From: Mayamaea pseudoterrestris
Lineage: Eukaryota
Assembly: GCA_027923505.1 (NCBI GenBank)
Contig: BROI01000011.1
Location: 744,001-808,000 of the forward strand
DNA length: 64,000 bases
Reading direction: 5' to 3'
Below are positions 23,924-37,800 of this stretch, one piece after another. Position 1 is the first letter of the stretch; each line of letters starts with the position of its first letter. The notes beneath the pieces were generated by a model. That model worked only from the letters and a program-made list of their open reading frames with translations, did no database searches and had not been told where the DNA came from. Both the position numbers and the translations under genes were made by a program.

Positions 23924-24887
23924 GGCGCATGAATGAGTGGACGTACTCGTCGGGTCTCGTTAGCGCAAAAGGGACGACGAATGCGGCGAAAACATGGATC
24001 GTCACACATAATATCGTACCGGTACTCGTAGTCGCACCTTCATTCACATTATTTACTTCGCATCGCCTCCCGCAGCGCGTGTTCTTCGTCGTTTCCAGAT
24101 CCATATCCTTCCTGTTAAGAAAATCACTACTCAATCGTATTAAGCTGCTCAACATCATGTCAATTTGCGATAGAAAGCAACATTTAAGAGTAATACTGGA
24201 ACGTGTAAGGTATAAGCCTTATAAAGTCTGAAGTGTTTCTAAGTTGGTGATGTGCGTGCCCACGGAGCGCGCAAAAGCCCACAACCTAATTGCCCATCTA
24301 CCTTGTTTTTCTTTTAAAGCAACATGCATAGTATGGCGTTTTATTTATTCGCGAGAAATGTTACAATGACCTAAATATGACCAGCTTTCTGTAATGACCC
24401 CATGGACTAACTGGTGTCAACAACTTATCTAAGATGATATAATTGAAGCTCGTAAGGTAGGCGTGTGCCTTTCGCGGTGTTGATAATGAAGCGTTGGGCA
24501 AGTTTACCATAGTGATATGCACTTGGACAAAAAAATCATCTTGTGCAAGATGAGGCCATGGACAACCGCTGCTGTATTCTTTTCAGACTTTTCACTGCGG
24601 TTGTTCAATTGCGCATGACAGGCGTTGCTCACAGAGTACTAAGTACACACAGTCAGATAGGCCCGGCAGGCGTGATGAACAGAAGGGAAAAGAACGCACG
24701 ACTTCCAATTTTTCAAAATTATTGCCCCAGGACTAGTTTTCGTCCAGTGAGTGCCTCCAGGAGCAGGAACGGACAAACGCATTCCTATGTAGGAGTGTCA
24801 ATCGCCACCAACGAGTCATTATGCGCAACCTGATGACCCTCTCCATCCCGTCGCTCATTCATCTTGTCGAACACACGCACCACGACC

Positions 24888-27800
24888 ATGAAGTCGAGCT
24901 ACATGCTCATCACCACGCTCATCTGCGTGGCCAATGCCTCAATAGATCCTTATTGGAGTTCATACACCCATCACAAAAGAGTTTTGCTTTTGGACCAGAA
25001 GATGGCGACGGCTGGAGCACGAGATCCCCCATCTAAGATGCGTAGTCGAGTCCAACTTTCAACGACATGCCCACGGCTATTGACGACTATGTTTCCACAG
25101 AGTGGCTTCTTGGAAAATGACGATGACAGTGTTTTAGAGCAACAAATCGCCACCCATGATGGGCAGACTGACAGAGATCCATCGGGTGGCAGTCGATGGG
25201 TGTCCGTGTGCTATGATACGACAACCAGTACGACACTTTTGAACGAGCCGCGGCGGAGTCAGTGTCACAGCAATCTGCTCTTCCGCTCATGTAGGCGCGG
25301 CGTCTGTCGGTTTCGACCAGCCTATCTTGTGAATAACTCACACCGCGACATCCAAAGTCTTGTAACATACGCAGCAAACAAAAAAGGTGATGATGAAATA
25401 CCTAATTATCGACACGTAAACCAAAAAGACAAGGGAACTGAAAATTTGAGCTCAGTTGAGGAAGGTGTGAGGAAGAGGGTGGACCTAAGAAGTTCAAAAG
25501 CTGGATATTGCTTCACTGTAAAAACATCAACAACCTCAATGTTATCTCTATATCCTGCAATTGAACCGCACACAAAAACACGTACTGTCAAGCGAAGATT
25601 ACAAGCGACAGAACCAAGTGCATTGCCAAGCAACCAGCCTTCCCTAGCACCGAGACCAAGCTCTATGCCAAGCAAGGTTCCAAGCGCTCAACCAGTGGAT
25701 GCTCCCAGTGCCTTGCCGAGCAAGGTTCCAAGCGCTCAACCAGTGATTGCTCCCAGTGCCTTGCCGAGCAAGGTTCCAAGCGCTCAACCAGTGGAAGCTC
25801 CCAGTGCCTTGCCGAGCAAGGTGCCAAGCACCCAACCTGCTGTGAATGCTCCCAGTGCCTTGCCGAGCAAGGTTCCAAGCGCTCAACCAGTGGATGCTCC
25901 CAGTGCCTTGCCGAGCAAGGTTCCAAGCGCTCAACCAGTGGATGCTCCCAGTGCCTTGCCGAGCAAGGTTCCAAGCGCTCAACCAGTGGATGCTCCCAGT
26001 GCCTTGCCGAGCAAGGTACCAAGCGCTCAACCAGTGGAAGCTCCCAGTGCCTTGCCGAGCAAGGTTCCAAGCGCTCAACCAGTGGATGCTCCCAGTGCCT
26101 TGCCGAGCAAGGTTCCAAGCGCTCAACCAGTGGATGCTCCCAGTGCCTTGCCGAGCAAGGTTCCAAGCGCTCAACCAGTGGATGCTCCCAGTGCCTTGCC
26201 GAGCAAGGTTCCAAGCGCTCAACCAGTGGATGCTCCCAGTGCCTTGCCGAGCAAGGTTCCAAGCGCTCAACCAGTGGATGCTCCCAGTGCCTTGCCAAGC
26301 AAGGTTCCAAGCGCTCAACCAGTGGATGCTCCCAGTGCCTTGCCGAGCAAGGTTCCAAGCGCTCAACCAGTGGATGCTCCCAGCGCCTTGCCGAGCAAGG
26401 TTCCAAGCGCTCAACCAGTGGATGCTCCCAGTGCCTTGCCGAGCAAGGTTCCAAGCGCTCAACCAGTGGATGCTCCCAGTGCCTTGCCGAGCAAGGTTCC
26501 AAGCGCTCAACCAGTGGATGCTCCCAGTGCCTTGCCGAGCAAGGTTCCAAGCGCTCAACCAGTGGATGCTCCCAGTGCCTTGCCGAGCAAGGTTCCAAGC
26601 GCTCAACCAGTGGATGCTCCCAGTGCCTTGCCGAGCAAGGTTCCAAGCGCTCAACCAGTGGATGCTCCCAGTGCCTTGCCGAGCAAGGTTCCAAGCGCTC
26701 AACCAGTGGATGCTCCCAGTGCCTTGCCGAGCAAGGTTCCAAGCGCTCAACCAGTGGATGCTCCCAGTGCCTTGCCGAGCAAGGTTCCAAGCGCTCAACC
26801 AGTGGATGCTCCCAGTGCCTTGCCGAGCAAGGTTCCAAGCGCTCAACCAGTGGATGCTCCCAGTGCCTTGCCGAGCAAGGTTCCAAGTGCTCAACCAGTG
26901 GATGCTCCCAGTGCCTTGCCGAGCAAGGTTCCAAGCGCTCAACCAGTGAATGCTCCCAGTGCCTTGCCGAGCAAGGTTCCAAGCGCTCAACCAGTGGATG
27001 CTCCCAGTGCCTTGCCGAGCAAGGTTCCAAGCGCTCAACCAGTGGATGCTCCCAGTGCCTTGCCGAGCAAGGTTCCAAGCGCTCAACCAGCTGTGAATGC
27101 TCCCAGTGCCTTGCCGAGCAAGGTTCCAAGCGCTCAACCAGCTGTGAATGCTCCCAGTGCCTTGCCGAGCAAGGTTCCAAGCGCTCAACCAGTGAATGCT
27201 CCCAGTGCCTTGCCGAGCAAGGTTCCAAGCGCTCAACCAGCTGTGAATGCTCCCAGTGCCTTGCCGAGCAAGGTTCCAAGCGCTCAACCAGTGAATGCTC
27301 CCAGTGCCTTGCCGAGCAAGGTGCCAAGCGCTCAACCAGTGAATGCTCCCAGTGCCTTGCCGAGCAAGGTGCCAAGCGCTCAACCAGTGAATGCTCCCAG
27401 TGCCTTGCCGAGCAAGGTGCCAAGCGCTCAACCAGTGGATGCTCCCAGTGCCTTGCCGAGCAAGGTTCCAAGCGCTCAACCAGTGAATGCTCCCAGTGCC
27501 TTGCCGAGCAAGGTGCCAAGCGCTCAACCAGTGAATGCTCCCAGTGCCTTGCCGAGCAAGGTGCCAAGTGCCCAACCAGCTGTGAATGCTCCCAGTGCCT
27601 TGCCGAGCAAGGTTCCAAGCGCTCAACCAGTGGATGCTCCCAGTGCCTTGCCGAGCAAGGTTCCAAGCGCTCAACCAGTGAATGCTCCCAGTGCCTTGCC
27701 GAGCAAGGTGCCAAGCGCCCAACCAGCTGTGAATGCTCCCAGTGCCTTGCCGAGCAAGGTGCCAAGCGCTCAACCAGCTGTGAATGCTCCCAGTGCCTTG

Positions 27801-28277
27801 CCGAGCAAGGTTCCAAGCGCTCAACCAGTGGATGCTCCCAGTGCCTTGCCGAGCAAGGTGCCAAGCGCCCAACCAGCTGTGAATGCTCCCAGTGCCTTGC
27901 CGAGCAAGGTGCCAAGCGCCCAACCAGCTGTGAATGCTCCCAGTGCCTTGCCGAGCAAGGTGCCAAGCGCTCAACCAGCTGTGAATGCTCCCAGTGCCTT
28001 GCCGAGCAAGGTTCCAAGCGCTCAACCAGCTGTGAATGCTCCCAGTGCCTTGCCGAGCAAGGTGCCAAGCGCTCAACCAGCTGTGAATGCTCCCAGTGCC
28101 TTGCCGAGCAAGGTGCCAAGCGCTCAACCAGTGAATGCTCCCAGTGCCTTGCCGAGCAAGGTGCCAAGCGCTCAACCAGCTGTGAATGCTCCCAGTGCCT
28201 TGCCGAGCAAGGTGCCAAGCGCTCAACCAGGAAGCGAAGGACAGCGCAGAAGATGTTTGCGGACCCGCCAACAATAA
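24888..28277 (+). pseudogene. 5' portion of the giant Pro/Ser-repeat protein, cut off at the duplication junction
   Basis: Same sequence as 34884 onward. The frame runs into GH16-gene sequence at 28231 out of frame and stops at 28277, so the KxxK region and TM are missing. Confidence 0.75.
25668..28230 (+). repeat. Coding minisatellite of 48/51-bp units (APSALPSKVPSAQPVD / ...QPAVN), ~52 units
   Basis: Unit gctcccagtgccttgccgagcaaggttccaagcgctcaaccagtggat repeated. Unit count estimated from array length. Confidence 0.97.
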
Positions 28278-29019
28278 TTTTGAGGATGTTCTTGTCTCGG
28301 TTAACGACGAGCGCAATGAGTTGAGCTTGACCTATCAATACGCAAACGGACTGTGGTATGGAAGTGAAGTACGCATTCTTCAAGAATCTGGGCCATACTC
28401 TTACGGAACGTTTACATACAGCGTCAAGTCGATCAACGTCATTGAAAATGGAACCGTCGTAAGCAATGTCCTGCCAGTCGGCCTCGTCGTCGGCATGTTC
28501 ACATGGGATTCAACGTACAGTGGAAGTGATCCCGAGATTTACGAAGTCGACATTGAGATTGGTCAGTTTGGAAATTCATCCAACGCAGATGCCCAATTCC
28601 TTCTCCAACCGCCTGAACAGCCTCACTATTACCGATTCTGGACGGGGTCGGAAGGTGTCTGCGAGCAATCACCCCAGACATACGAGTTTACTTGGTTGCC
28701 CACATCGGTGGCTTGGTATTCCAGTGCTGGCGGAGGCCAGAATCATCTTTACACAACACAAGAAGCTATATCAACGAGTCAGACGGATCGTGTGCAGTGC
28801 ATGCCATCATCTATTGAAGCTCGTGCCAGCTTGTGGAGCATTAGGGGCGCAGAAGTCGCACCTGATGGCATGAAGGAGAACCAGCAAGTTCAGGTTGTCT
28901 TTGACAAATTTACATTTACGCCTCTTGGTGTAACCGGAGTCGCAGATGGGGAAGCATGCTCGAAGAATTGCCAGTGTTTGAGTGGCTATTGTCAAAGTGG
29001 GGTCTGCGCAAGTCAGTGA
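28231..29019 (+). pseudogene. 5'-truncated duplicate of the GH16-like domain
   Basis: Same as 18235-19023. Lacks promoter, signal peptide and exons 1-4. Confidence 0.8.
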
Positions 29020-29189
29020 AACTAAAAGTATCAAGTGGCTATGATACTAAATGAACGTTTGTGTTACTGTAGGCATAATCGTAAAGAAATGTTTTTTTCG
29101 TTCTACTCTTAAGAAATTTGCTGAGAAAGCCAAAAGCGCGGGACGAAACTGTCAACTTTAGGTTGCAGGTGCAAGTATTTGGCCGAAGA

Positions 29190-30009
29190 TCACCCCTTTA
29201 ACCAGCCCTTTCCTTTGGGTTTCATTGGTTGTATACCTTGAAGCTCGTTTCCTGCCAGTATCATCTGATCCGCTGCGAAAACCATTCGCTGACTAGAAAG
29301 TTCGGCATTTGCGTTTGCTGAATCAATCTTCTTGATAACAGTCGAAAGTAGCGTAAGATTCTTGCCGCCGACTGCAAGGTTTGCTCCCACAGTTGCTAAT
29401 GGATCCTTTTGCATAATACATGCACCTGCCGCTTCGAGTGCGGTGCTTGTTGATTGCACGGGATCAATTGATAGTTCTGTATCAATGAGCCGAGCAACAA
29501 TGCAGCGTTAAGGTCAGATGTTACACAAAACATTCGTCAACCAAGGATACAGCAGACTGACAAACCTATAACATTTGCCAGCAAATCCATGTCATCTTCC
29601 TTTGCTTCTTGTACAGCAGCTTTAAGTTTCGAGCATGCTTCGTCGAGACATGTGGCGGCTTCTCGAAGTTCATCCGTAACAAGCTCGCTTCCAGTTTTGA
29701 ATCGACAGGAGGCAGCTGCTTGCGCAATCGAGTCTCCTGCGTTTCGTATCTGAGCGCCTGCTGCTGATAGTCCACCTAAAAACGAATATTTAGAAAGCAT
29801 GAGCTCGATTCAACTCGATAGTCATCTTTGTCATCCTTATTATCTTGCTTGCCTCCATACAAATTTAAATCCTGCGTGAGGTCAATCAAAAGTTCTCCGG
29901 CCCGGGCGAGCGCCTTGCCAGAATCCATCAATGGAACCGCTGCTGGCTTGAGTGAAAAACTACATATTCGGGTTATCAGTGGAAGCAACATTATCAAGCG
30001 TCGAAACAT
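29190..30009 (-). CDS. Hypothetical 3-exon protein, copy 2
   Basis: Same as 19194-20013 shifted by +9996. Confidence 0.7.
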
Positions 30010-30237
30010 TCTTCCGTACTATATGGTGTTGACGATGAGCGGATGCTGGGGTTTTCCATAGTGGAACGCTGTGCGGGTGATGATCAATGCGACTGTCAGA
30101 TCATTCGCAGCGGTTCTCATCCAGAACCGATGCGTCATCACAAGTCGCGCTTGAAGTTGGCACCATGGCCCAACGCGGATTTTCCATCCGCACAAAATTG
30201 AAAAAAGTAGCACCCGATTCATGCAAACCTTAGAATT

Positions 30238-31137
30238 ATGCTTCACTTAAGAACCTTCACGCCAATGCTACTCCTGCTGGGATGCGAAGCTTTTTCTTTA
30301 CAGCGACATTTTTCTCGCAGACAATCACCATTGGCATTTCCGAGCAGCAGGCTCCTCTCCTCGGCAGCTGCAATCCCCGAAGGCCTAACAAAGTCGGTCC
30401 AAACGCCAGGAAATGGACCGCCAGTATCATTTGGTGATATTTGTACGTTATCATATTCATGCTACGTTGTCGACAATAAGGATGACAGCAAGCTTTTCGC
30501 CAAGGCACGCTCCCAAAAATTCATGATTGGCGACGGAAGCATGATTGAAGCATGGGAAAAGATTGTTCCAACCATGCGGGTCGGTGAACGATCGATTGTT
30601 CGTGTCAACGATCCATCATTGGGGTACGGAAGTGCAGGGGTTCCGCCAGTAGTTCCACCAAACGCAATCTTGGAGCTAGATATAGAGTTGATTACCGCAC
30701 AAGCTGCCACGGCAAACATTGACTTTGATTCCATCGCCATGGCAGAAAAGGTGCCTAAAACTGCGGCAGACATTGAGGCTGCTTTCGCACTGAAAATGGC
30801 AGGCAAGAGCGATGAACCAAAGCTAGAAGGATTTGAACTATTTCTCAAAAAGGCCAAGAACTTTTACTTTTTCGGTTTGTTTGAAGGTGAAACAGGCGAA
30901 CGTCCACCATGGATTCTCCGGCCCAGTATCACCTTTCCGTTAGCGTTTGCCATTGTTGGTGCTGCCTTTTATATATCCTATGCGGGAGGAGCTATTAGCG
31001 AGCGTGGTGCGCAAGTCAAGGACGAGCTGGATGAAATTATTTTGAGTATGACTGGCATTGACGCTCGTGTTCCGACTTCACTGTTGGCAGCGACTGCTAA
31101 TGTTGCAGCAAGCGTGATGGATGTAAGCATTTTATAG
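30238..31137 (+). CDS. FKBP-type PPIase, copy 2
   Basis: Translation identical to 20242-21141. Confidence 0.9.
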   Translation: MLHLRTFTPMLLLLGCEAFSLQRHFSRRQSPLAFPSSRLLSSAAAIPEGLTKSVQTPGNGPPVSFGDICTLSYSCYVVDNKDDSKLFAKARSQKFMIGDGSMIEAWEKIVPTMRVGERSIVRVNDPSLGYGSAGVPPVVPPNAILELDIELITAQAATANIDFDSIAMAEKVPKTAADIEAAFALKMAGKSDEPKLEGFELFLKKAKNFYFFGLFEGETGERPPWILRPSITFPLAFAIVGAAFYISYAGGAISERGAQVKDELDEIILSMTGIDARVPTSLLAATANVAASVMDVSIL

Positions 31138-31271
31138 TTACGCTGTACTTGTTGCAATAATCTACGACTCCTTTATACTCGTAAAAAGTAAGGCGCTATG
31201 TTGCAGAGCGATAATTATTTCCTTTAATCTTTTCTCATCGTCAAACCGTATGGTTACACGTAAAATTTGAC

Positions 31272-32812
31272 CTACAAGTCATCTCCATCGGCAGTAAGAA
31301 AATGATTCTTGACATTTTGGCGTTTCTTGCGGTTGGCTTTAAGATCCAAGTCAGCAGCCTTGGCAGTATCGCTCGTCTTGGATAGCATTAAGCGCTTTTC
31401 GAGTTGCGACAAGGACCCACTTTCCATGAGTAGCTGACCGTTTGCCCCGAAAATCAGATGCAGCGTTTCATTAGTTAAAATTTGGATTTGAAAGCCGCCC
31501 TGGAGGCAGTGGCGAACAAAATTGAGCTGTATAATTTCCTTCCAATTATTCATCGATAGACGACCGCCTCGAAAAGCCACCACTTCTTCAGGCGCTTCGT
31601 CCTCCACAATCGTTTGCATAAAGTCCCTAAAAGTTGAACGTTGTTCTTTCTTAGCCTTACGGCTCAGATGATGGCCAGATTCAACCGATAGCTCGGCAAT
31701 TCGCTGCTTGACCTCGTCCATGATGACTTCCCACTGCGACCCATCCCATGATCCGCGTCGAAACCGTCTTACAATGTAATGAAAGTTGTAAGTTAGCAAG
31801 TGTGCGCATATACAACGCGATAAAATGCAAGCAACCAATGCACTCACCTTGCTGTCGTATTTTCGCATTCCTCGGATCCGGCGCCAAGGTTTAGCCTCGC
31901 TTCGTGTATCAGCGAAAAGCATTCCCCTGCAGCTGACCTCAGATCAATCGAAGTATCATCCAAACAGTCACGAAGCAAATCCAATATCGCCAAACCGCGT
32001 CCCATTTGCGCATCATCTTGGCCAGCAAGGTGGTAGTCCAAGACAGTAGTAGCCAGTAGCGCCCAGCAATCCAGAGCCGTCGCTCTTAAAGTTGCTTGTA
32101 CTTTTTCGTTCCGATATTCCTTGGCAGCGACAAGCTCGCAAAGATCCATCAGACCTTCCGTCGTGGCGGAATCCGACGAGCAAATAAAATCCGACATGGT
32201 GAGTGCCCGTAGCGCAGCAATACGCACTGGGACGGCACGCTGCGTCGCCATGACAACGCTTCGTAGCTGGCGGTCTAATTTCTCGCACCACTCATCATTG
32301 TTCGTACCCAAAACTACCGAGGCAACCTCCAAGGTTCGGCAGGCAGCGTACTGTTCCTGCGGACTGCCAACTCGAATACCATGAAACGCAGCGTCTTTAA
32401 TACTTTCCGACCATTGGTACACAAGCTCGGCAGCCGCCGGGCCAGTTGCATACTGCGAAAGCGCCTTGAATAGTCGCTTCAAGGTCGCCTCACGCTTGAC
32501 AGTGCGCTTCTCCGAAGCAAACTCCTCGCACAATGATAGCGTCTCCTTTAACTTGACGTAGCGTGCTTCTGCGGCAGCCATGGCATGATCCGCGTGATCT
32601 CTTCCGCCGCCTTCGAGCAAAAAGTCGTCTTCTGGCGTATGGTCCGTCTGTGCAGAACCCCAGTCGCTTCCGAAATTCGTCTCAACGCCAATGGTAAAGT
32701 CGTCGTCCAGAAACTGCTGATTCTGCTGATCGAAATCACCGTCATCGCCATCGTCATCCTCCATGGACTGGCCCTTCTTGCGGCGCTGTGATCTAGGCGC
32801 TTTACGAGCCAT
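31272..32812 (-). CDS. IFRD-like protein, copy 2
   Basis: Translation identical to 21276-22816. Confidence 0.85.
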
Positions 32813-33178
32813 GCTTTGCGAGTACTTGCAGTTTGAAGCAAGGATGTGGAATGAAGATCTTGATGGAGATGTCTGCTTGTGCTGATGCCGCAGCGAATGC
32901 TTGTGGAGGAGCGAGTGCCGGATGAAAGCTGAACGACATCATGACGTTTCTCTAATTGTCGCAATTCACCGGAATGCGAAGAAATCGCAAGCCTATCATT
33001 GTGGCGTCGTATAACTGCGGCAAAGTATAGTCAAAGTTATTCCGTATAATCTAAAGTATAGCAGTTAAAGATATGTATTCCAGTTGCGATCATGGAGGCA
33101 AACATTTGCCCCAGGCTTTCACGCGACCACAACTATCGACTGCGTGCATGGAGCAAGGCAGTGTGTTTCAAAACGAAC

Positions 33179-33919
33179 TCATATAGTACGTTTCTTTGCA
33201 GTTCGAACAATAATATTCTCCTCTTGCGCCCATTCGAGTCCGCATTCGCCAGTGAGATACTCGCGCTTCTTGTTCAGATTGTGTTGTTGCAGCGGAGGAG
33301 GAACCCATTCATGAGCATCCGACCACGCACGCAAGAGACTATACGGATCTTGTATACCGTCTAGGGCCGGCTGCCCACTGACAATAGGTACCACTTGAAT
33401 TTCGCTCTCTGATGATGCTTGTTTCTGCAGGTGACTAACTGCCAATGACGATGAGTCGACCCGAGCAAGGACGACGCAGCCTTCCCGATGCTCAGACCCT
33501 CGCCGAGAGTTCGGGTTGCCGGTTCCACCAATGACTTGATAATTTATTATGCAATATGCTTGAAGGTCTGCTAATGCATGAGCCTGTGTAGAAGCGTTTG
33601 AAAATGATTGGCCAGTAGGCAGTTGCTTGATCACCAAAGCATTCACGCGTCGCACCCAAAAGAGCTTTCCACGCGTCGAAAATGCATACTCGACTTCTTC
33701 CCCATTGCTCTTTAGAGGTATGGTTCGCACTGGCTCCTGACGAGCATAGGCATGGGCCGACTGACTGGCAACGTTATCAGCTAACGCTCGATTGGCGAAG
33801 AGCAAAGGCAAGTCCTTTGATGCTTCAAATCGTGGACCATCAAACCAACTCTTTCCAACAATGAAAAGTGATACTGTTCTCGTTGTGGCTGCAGCAGAGT
33901 GGGCAGTGGGTAAGTTCAT
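33179..33919 (-). CDS. Hypothetical protein, copy 2
   Basis: Translation identical to 23183-23923. Confidence 0.5.
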   Translation of the reverse strand: MNLPTAHSAAATTRTVSLFIVGKSWFDGPRFEASKDLPLLFANRALADNVASQSAHAYARQEPVRTIPLKSNGEEVEYAFSTRGKLFWVRRVNALVIKQLPTGQSFSNASTQAHALADLQAYCIINYQVIGGTGNPNSRRGSEHREGCVVLARVDSSSLAVSHLQKQASSESEIQVVPIVSGQPALDGIQDPYSLLRAWSDAHEWVPPPLQQHNLNKKREYLTGECGLEWAQEENIIVRTAKKRTI

Positions 33920-34883
33920 GGCGCATGAATGAGTGGACGTACTCGTCGGGTCTCGTTAGCGCAAAAGGGACGACGAATGCGGCGAAAACATGGATCGTCA
34001 CACATAATATCGTACCGGTACTCGTAGTCGCACCTTCATTCACATTATTTACTTCGCATCGCCTCCCGCAGCGCGTGTTCTTCGTCGTTTCCAGATCCAT
34101 ATCCTTCCTGTTAAGAAAATCACTACTCAATCGTATTAAGCTGCTCAACATCATGTCAATTTGCGATAGAAAGCAACATTTAAGAGTAATACTGGAACGT
34201 GTAAGGTATAAGCCTTATAAAGTCTGAAGTGTTTCTAAGTTGGTGATGTGCGTGCCCACGGAGCGCGCAAAAGCCCACAACCTAATTGCCCATCTACCTT
34301 GTTTTTCTTTTAAAGCAACATGCATAGTATGGCGTTTTATTTATTCGCGAGAAATGTTACAATGACCTAAATATGACCAGCTTTCTGTAATGACCCCATG
34401 GACTAACTGGTGTCAACAACTTATCTAAGATGATATAATTGAAGCTCGTAAGGTAGGCGTGTGCCTTTCGCGGTGTTGATAATGAAGCGTTGGGCAAGTT
34501 TACCATAGTGATATGCACTTGGACAAAAAAATCATCTTGTGCAAGATGAGGCCATGGACAACCGCTGCTGTATTCTTTTCAGACTTTTCACTGCGGTTGT
34601 TCAATTGCGCATGACAGGCGTTGCTCACAGAGTACTAAGTACACACAGTCAGATAGGCCCGGCAGGCGTGATGAACAGAAGGGAAAAGAACGCACGACTT
34701 CCAATTTTTCAAAATTATTGCCCCAGGACTAGTTTTCGTCCAGTGAGTGCCTCCAGGAGCAGGAACGGACAAACGCATTCCTATGTAGGAGTGTCAATCG
34801 CCACCAACGAGTCATTATGCGCAACCTGATGACCCTCTCCATCCCGTCGCTCATTCATCTTGTCGAACACACGCACCACGACC

Positions 34884-37800
34884 ATGAAGTCGAGCTACAT
34901 GCTCATCACCACGCTCATCTGCGTGGCCAATGCCTCAATAGATCCTTATTGGAGTTCATACACCCATCACAAAAGAGTTTTGCTTTTGGACCAGAAGATG
35001 GCGACGGCTGGAGCACGAGATCCCCCATCTAAGATGCGTAGTCGAGTCCAACTTTCAACGACATGCCCACGGCTATTGACGACTATGTTTCCACAGAGTG
35101 GCTTCTTGGAAAATGACGATGACAGTGTTTTAGAGCAACAAATCGCCACCCATGATGGGCAGACTGACAGAGATCCATCGGGTGGCAGTCGATGGGTGTC
35201 CGTGTGCTATGATACGACAACCAGTACGACACTTTTGAACGAGCCGCGGCGGAGTCAGTGTCACAGCAATCTGCTCTTCCGCTCATGTAGGCGCGGCGTC
35301 TGTCGGTTTCGACCAGCCTATCTTGTGAATAACTCACACCGCGACATCCAAAGTCTTGTAACATACGCAGCAAACAAAAAAGGTGATGATGAAATACCTA
35401 ATTATCGACACGTAAACCAAAAAGACAAGGGAACTGAAAATTTGAGCTCAGTTGAGGAAGGTGTGAGGAAGAGGGTGGACCTAAGAAGTTCAAAAGCTGG
35501 ATATTGCTTCACTGTAAAAACATCAACAACCTCAATGTTATCTCTATATCCTGCAATTGAACCGCACACAAAAACACGTACTGTCAAGCGAAGATTACAA
35601 GCGACAGAACCAAGTGCATTGCCAAGCAACCAGCCTTCCCTAGCACCGAGACCAAGCTCTATGCCAAGCAAGGTTCCAAGCGCTCAACCAGTGGATGCTC
35701 CCAGTGCCTTGCCGAGCAAGGTTCCAAGCGCTCAACCAGTGATTGCTCCCAGTGCCTTGCCGAGCAAGGTTCCAAGCGCTCAACCAGTGGAAGCTCCCAG
35801 TGCCTTGCCGAGCAAGGTGCCAAGCACCCAACCTGCTGTGAATGCTCCCAGTGCCTTGCCGAGCAAGGTTCCAAGCGCTCAACCAGTGGATGCTCCCAGT
35901 GCCTTGCCGAGCAAGGTTCCAAGCGCTCAACCAGTGGATGCTCCCAGTGCCTTGCCGAGCAAGGTTCCAAGCGCTCAACCAGTGGATGCTCCCAGTGCCT
36001 TGCCGAGCAAGGTACCAAGCGCTCAACCAGTGGAAGCTCCCAGTGCCTTGCCGAGCAAGGTTCCAAGCGCTCAACCAGTGGATGCTCCCAGTGCCTTGCC
36101 GAGCAAGGTTCCAAGCGCTCAACCAGTGGATGCTCCCAGTGCCTTGCCGAGCAAGGTTCCAAGCGCTCAACCAGTGGATGCTCCCAGTGCCTTGCCGAGC
36201 AAGGTTCCAAGCGCTCAACCAGTGGATGCTCCCAGTGCCTTGCCGAGCAAGGTTCCAAGCGCTCAACCAGTGGATGCTCCCAGTGCCTTGCCAAGCAAGG
36301 TTCCAAGCGCTCAACCAGTGGATGCTCCCAGTGCCTTGCCGAGCAAGGTTCCAAGCGCTCAACCAGTGGATGCTCCCAGCGCCTTGCCGAGCAAGGTTCC
36401 AAGCGCTCAACCAGTGGATGCTCCCAGTGCCTTGCCGAGCAAGGTTCCAAGCGCTCAACCAGTGGATGCTCCCAGTGCCTTGCCGAGCAAGGTTCCAAGC
36501 GCTCAACCAGTGGATGCTCCCAGTGCCTTGCCGAGCAAGGTTCCAAGCGCTCAACCAGTGGATGCTCCCAGTGCCTTGCCGAGCAAGGTTCCAAGCGCTC
36601 AACCAGTGGATGCTCCCAGTGCCTTGCCGAGCAAGGTTCCAAGCGCTCAACCAGTGGATGCTCCCAGTGCCTTGCCGAGCAAGGTTCCAAGCGCTCAACC
36701 AGTGGATGCTCCCAGTGCCTTGCCGAGCAAGGTTCCAAGCGCTCAACCAGTGGATGCTCCCAGTGCCTTGCCGAGCAAGGTTCCAAGCGCTCAACCAGTG
36801 GATGCTCCCAGTGCCTTGCCGAGCAAGGTTCCAAGCGCTCAACCAGTGGATGCTCCCAGTGCCTTGCCGAGCAAGGTTCCAAGTGCTCAACCAGTGGATG
36901 CTCCCAGTGCCTTGCCGAGCAAGGTTCCAAGCGCTCAACCAGTGAATGCTCCCAGTGCCTTGCCGAGCAAGGTTCCAAGCGCTCAACCAGTGGATGCTCC
37001 CAGTGCCTTGCCGAGCAAGGTTCCAAGCGCTCAACCAGTGGATGCTCCCAGTGCCTTGCCGAGCAAGGTTCCAAGCGCTCAACCAGCTGTGAATGCTCCC
37101 AGTGCCTTGCCGAGCAAGGTTCCAAGCGCTCAACCAGCTGTGAATGCTCCCAGTGCCTTGCCGAGCAAGGTTCCAAGCGCTCAACCAGTGAATGCTCCCA
37201 GTGCCTTGCCGAGCAAGGTTCCAAGCGCTCAACCAGCTGTGAATGCTCCCAGTGCCTTGCCGAGCAAGGTTCCAAGCGCTCAACCAGTGAATGCTCCCAG
37301 TGCCTTGCCGAGCAAGGTGCCAAGCGCTCAACCAGTGAATGCTCCCAGTGCCTTGCCGAGCAAGGTGCCAAGCGCTCAACCAGTGAATGCTCCCAGTGCC
37401 TTGCCGAGCAAGGTGCCAAGCGCTCAACCAGTGGATGCTCCCAGTGCCTTGCCGAGCAAGGTTCCAAGCGCTCAACCAGTGAATGCTCCCAGTGCCTTGC
37501 CGAGCAAGGTGCCAAGCGCTCAACCAGTGAATGCTCCCAGTGCCTTGCCGAGCAAGGTGCCAAGTGCCCAACCAGCTGTGAATGCTCCCAGTGCCTTGCC
37601 GAGCAAGGTTCCAAGCGCTCAACCAGTGGATGCTCCCAGTGCCTTGCCGAGCAAGGTTCCAAGCGCTCAACCAGTGAATGCTCCCAGTGCCTTGCCGAGC
37701 AAGGTGCCAAGCGCCCAACCAGCTGTGAATGCTCCCAGTGCCTTGCCGAGCAAGGTGCCAAGCGCTCAACCAGCTGTGAATGCTCCCAGTGCCTTGCCGA

